In this document: in pieces, positions 23,281 through 25,171 of the stretch
Numbering within the stretch: position 1 is the first letter of the stretch
Layout of the letters: every line of letters begins with the position of its first letter
Assembly: GCF_000143415.4 (NCBI RefSeq)
Contig: NW_003314472.1
Location: 36,606 to 61,776, forward strand
DNA length: 25,171 nucleotides
Direction: 5' to 3'
DNA from: Selaginella moellendorffii
Lineage: Eukaryota; Plantae; Lycopodiophyta
Notes under the pieces: generated by a model
Told to the model about the DNA's origin: nothing
Database searches by the model: none
Seen by the model: the letters and a program-made list of their open reading frames with translations, nothing else
Made by a program: the position numbers and the translations under genes

Positions 23281-24058
23281 NNNNNNNNNNNNNNNNNNNN
23301 NNNNNNNNNNNNNNNNNNNNNNNNNNNNNNNNNNNNNNNNNNNNNNNNNNNNNNNNNNNNNNNNNNNNNNNNNNNNNNNNNNNNNNNNNNNNNNNNNNNN
23401 NNNNNNNNNNNNNNNNNNNNNNNNNNNNNNNNNNNNNNNNNNNNNNNNNNNNNNNNNNNNNNNNNNNNNNNNNNNNNNNNNNNNNNNNNNNNNNNNNNNN
23501 NNNNNNNNNNNNNNNNNNNNNNNNNNNNNNNNNNNNNNNNNNNNNNNNNNNNNNNNNNNNNNNNNNNNNNNNNNNNNNNNNNNNNNNNNNNNNNNNNNNN
23601 NNNNNNNNNNNNNNNNNNNNNNNNNNNNNNNNNNNNNNNNNNNNNNNNNNNNNNNNNNNNNNNNNNNNNNNNNNNNNNNNNNNNNNNNNNNNNNNNNNNN
23701 NNNNNNNNNNNNNNNNNNNNNNNNNNNNNNNNNNNNNNNNNNNNNNNNNNNNNNNNNNNNNNNNNNNNNNNNNNNNNNNNNNNNNNNNNNNNNNNNNNNN
23801 NNNNNNNNNNNNNNNNNNNNNNNNNNNNNNNNNNNNNNNNNNNNNNNNNNNNNNNNNNNNNNNNNNNNNNNNNNNNNNNNNNNNNNNNNNNNNNNNNNNN
23901 NNNNNNNNNNNNNNNNNNNNNNNNNNNNNNNNNNNNNNNNNNNNNNNNNNNNNNNNNNNNNNNNNNNNNNNNNNNNNNNNNNNNNNNNNNNNNNNNNNNN
24001 NNNNNNNNNNNNNNNNNNNNNNNNNNNNNNNNNNNNNNNNNNNNNNNNNNNNNNNNNN
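23281..24058. other. Assembly gap (778 N)
   Basis: Run of N. Confidence 1.
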
Positions 24059-25068
24059 TTAGACCCAAGCCGGACGCAGAACAAGGACAGGCACGCAAGC
24101 GGGAGCTAGACTATGCCTCAGGTTGGTCGGCCATGCCCGACCTACCCACTATCCCTACTATACATTTGGAACCCCCCACAGCCCCCCCCCCCCTTGAGGA
24201 ACACACGCTTTGGGCTTTCACCCCAAGCCTCCCTTAGTATCAGGAGTTAGTCTCTGGGACAAGCTCGAAACTTACTAAATATGGAATGTCCTTAGATTGC
24301 GAATTTGGACATGGGACAAACACCATTGTGTTCAGGCCGATCTCTACATTCCGTAGATATGCCAAAATAGCAAATCTGGACACTTTCCATAAATAGCATT
24401 TGGGACCGAAATGAGACTAACACAAAGGGCATGATAGCGAGGGTGTTTGGCAGACACGGTAAGCTATCATGTAGCGATATTGAGGGACCAATCTCAATAC
24501 GCGAGGGTTCTTGTCACTAGCCAGTGCAAGACAAAACGAGACGGGAACTCCTTACCGGGCTAAGTATGCTTAGCTAATAACACGTAGGAATTCCGTCCTT
24601 ATGCTCGTCCGGTCTAAGTACACTCGAAATGCCCAGTTAACTCCACTAGCACAAGAGGGACTGATAAAGGGTCCAGCAATACCGACCTCCTGCCATCGTG
24701 GCAGTAAGGTAAGAGTGTCCGTAAGGACTAGTCGACAGGTAACTTTCGATACCCGAAGTCACATGCGCGACACTCTCCCCCCCTAGGGAAGATCGACGTC
24801 ATCGTCGATGATTACTCGAGTCTAGAATACCGCCAAGGAAACAACTCCATAAAAAGTTCACGATACTCACACTATGTGAGAAATGCACCGACTTAAATGA
24901 GTTAGGGGGTAACCTCTTTGTCTAACGCGGATGCGCTACCAGCTCAGACACCTTCCGGCCGTCGCCGACAAGGAAATGACCAACGGAGTCAGCCACCCCT
25001 GCTGCGCTGGGAGTCACCCAGCTTACAAAAGTGTGATATGCCCTGCCCGCAGGAACATAGAGAGAGAA
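24059..25068 (-). mobile_element. Copy 4, inverted: partial 3' LTR (24059-24772), PPT and ~295 bp of the internal 3' end
   Basis: Reverse complement of ~18670-19681 with few differences. Confidence 0.92.
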
Positions 25069-25171
25069 CTCCTTACCGGGCTAAGTATGCTTAGCTAATA
25101 ACACGTAGGAATTCCGTCTTTATGCTCGTCCGGTCTAAGTACACTCGAAATGCCCAGTTAACTCCACTAGC
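25066..25171 (-). mobile_element. Another inverted LTR fragment running off the window
   Basis: Reverse complement of ~7917-8022, joined through GAA microhomology; carries the cataAAgacgg variant seen only in the 7795 LTR. Confidence 0.88.

Noticed and set aside
23125-24237. ORFs of 266-321 aa
   Set aside because: Artefacts of translating the N gap.

Overview
Eukaryotic land-plant nuclear rDNA locus, with no real protein-coding genes. The divergent rRNAs, 5S linked inside the 45S spacer and CCCTAAA repeats suggest a seed-free plant, possibly a lycophyte such as Selaginella; that is inference only. 1-7794: one tandem rDNA unit with a period of 7084 bp (5S at 331 and 7415). It has a subrepeat-rich IGS and an internally deleted 45S gene in which the 5' ~610 nt of 18S is fused directly to the 3' ~1.2 kb of 25S; the 18S 3' part, ITS1, 5.8S, ITS2 and the 25S 5' part are absent. 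The 5S genes are strongly divergent but show compensatory base-pair changes. From 7795 to the end, the IGS is invaded by nested, truncated, inverted and chimeric copies of one non-autonomous LTR retroelement (1148-bp TG..CA LTR, tRNA-iMet PBS, PPT, ~4.9 kb internal region with only fossil traces of a Ty3/gypsy chromovirus pol). There are two separate LTR-IGS junctions. The LTR shares sequence with the IGS: an exact 19-bp block plus collinear motifs of the 241-bp subrepeat, G-box arrays and a telomere-like motif. It also carries TATAGTAGGG, which matches the plant Pol I initiator consensus. The best candidate novel system is an rDNA-spacer-associated non-autonomous chromovirus derivative whose LTR resembles the IGS. 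A 778-N gap lies at 23281-24058.
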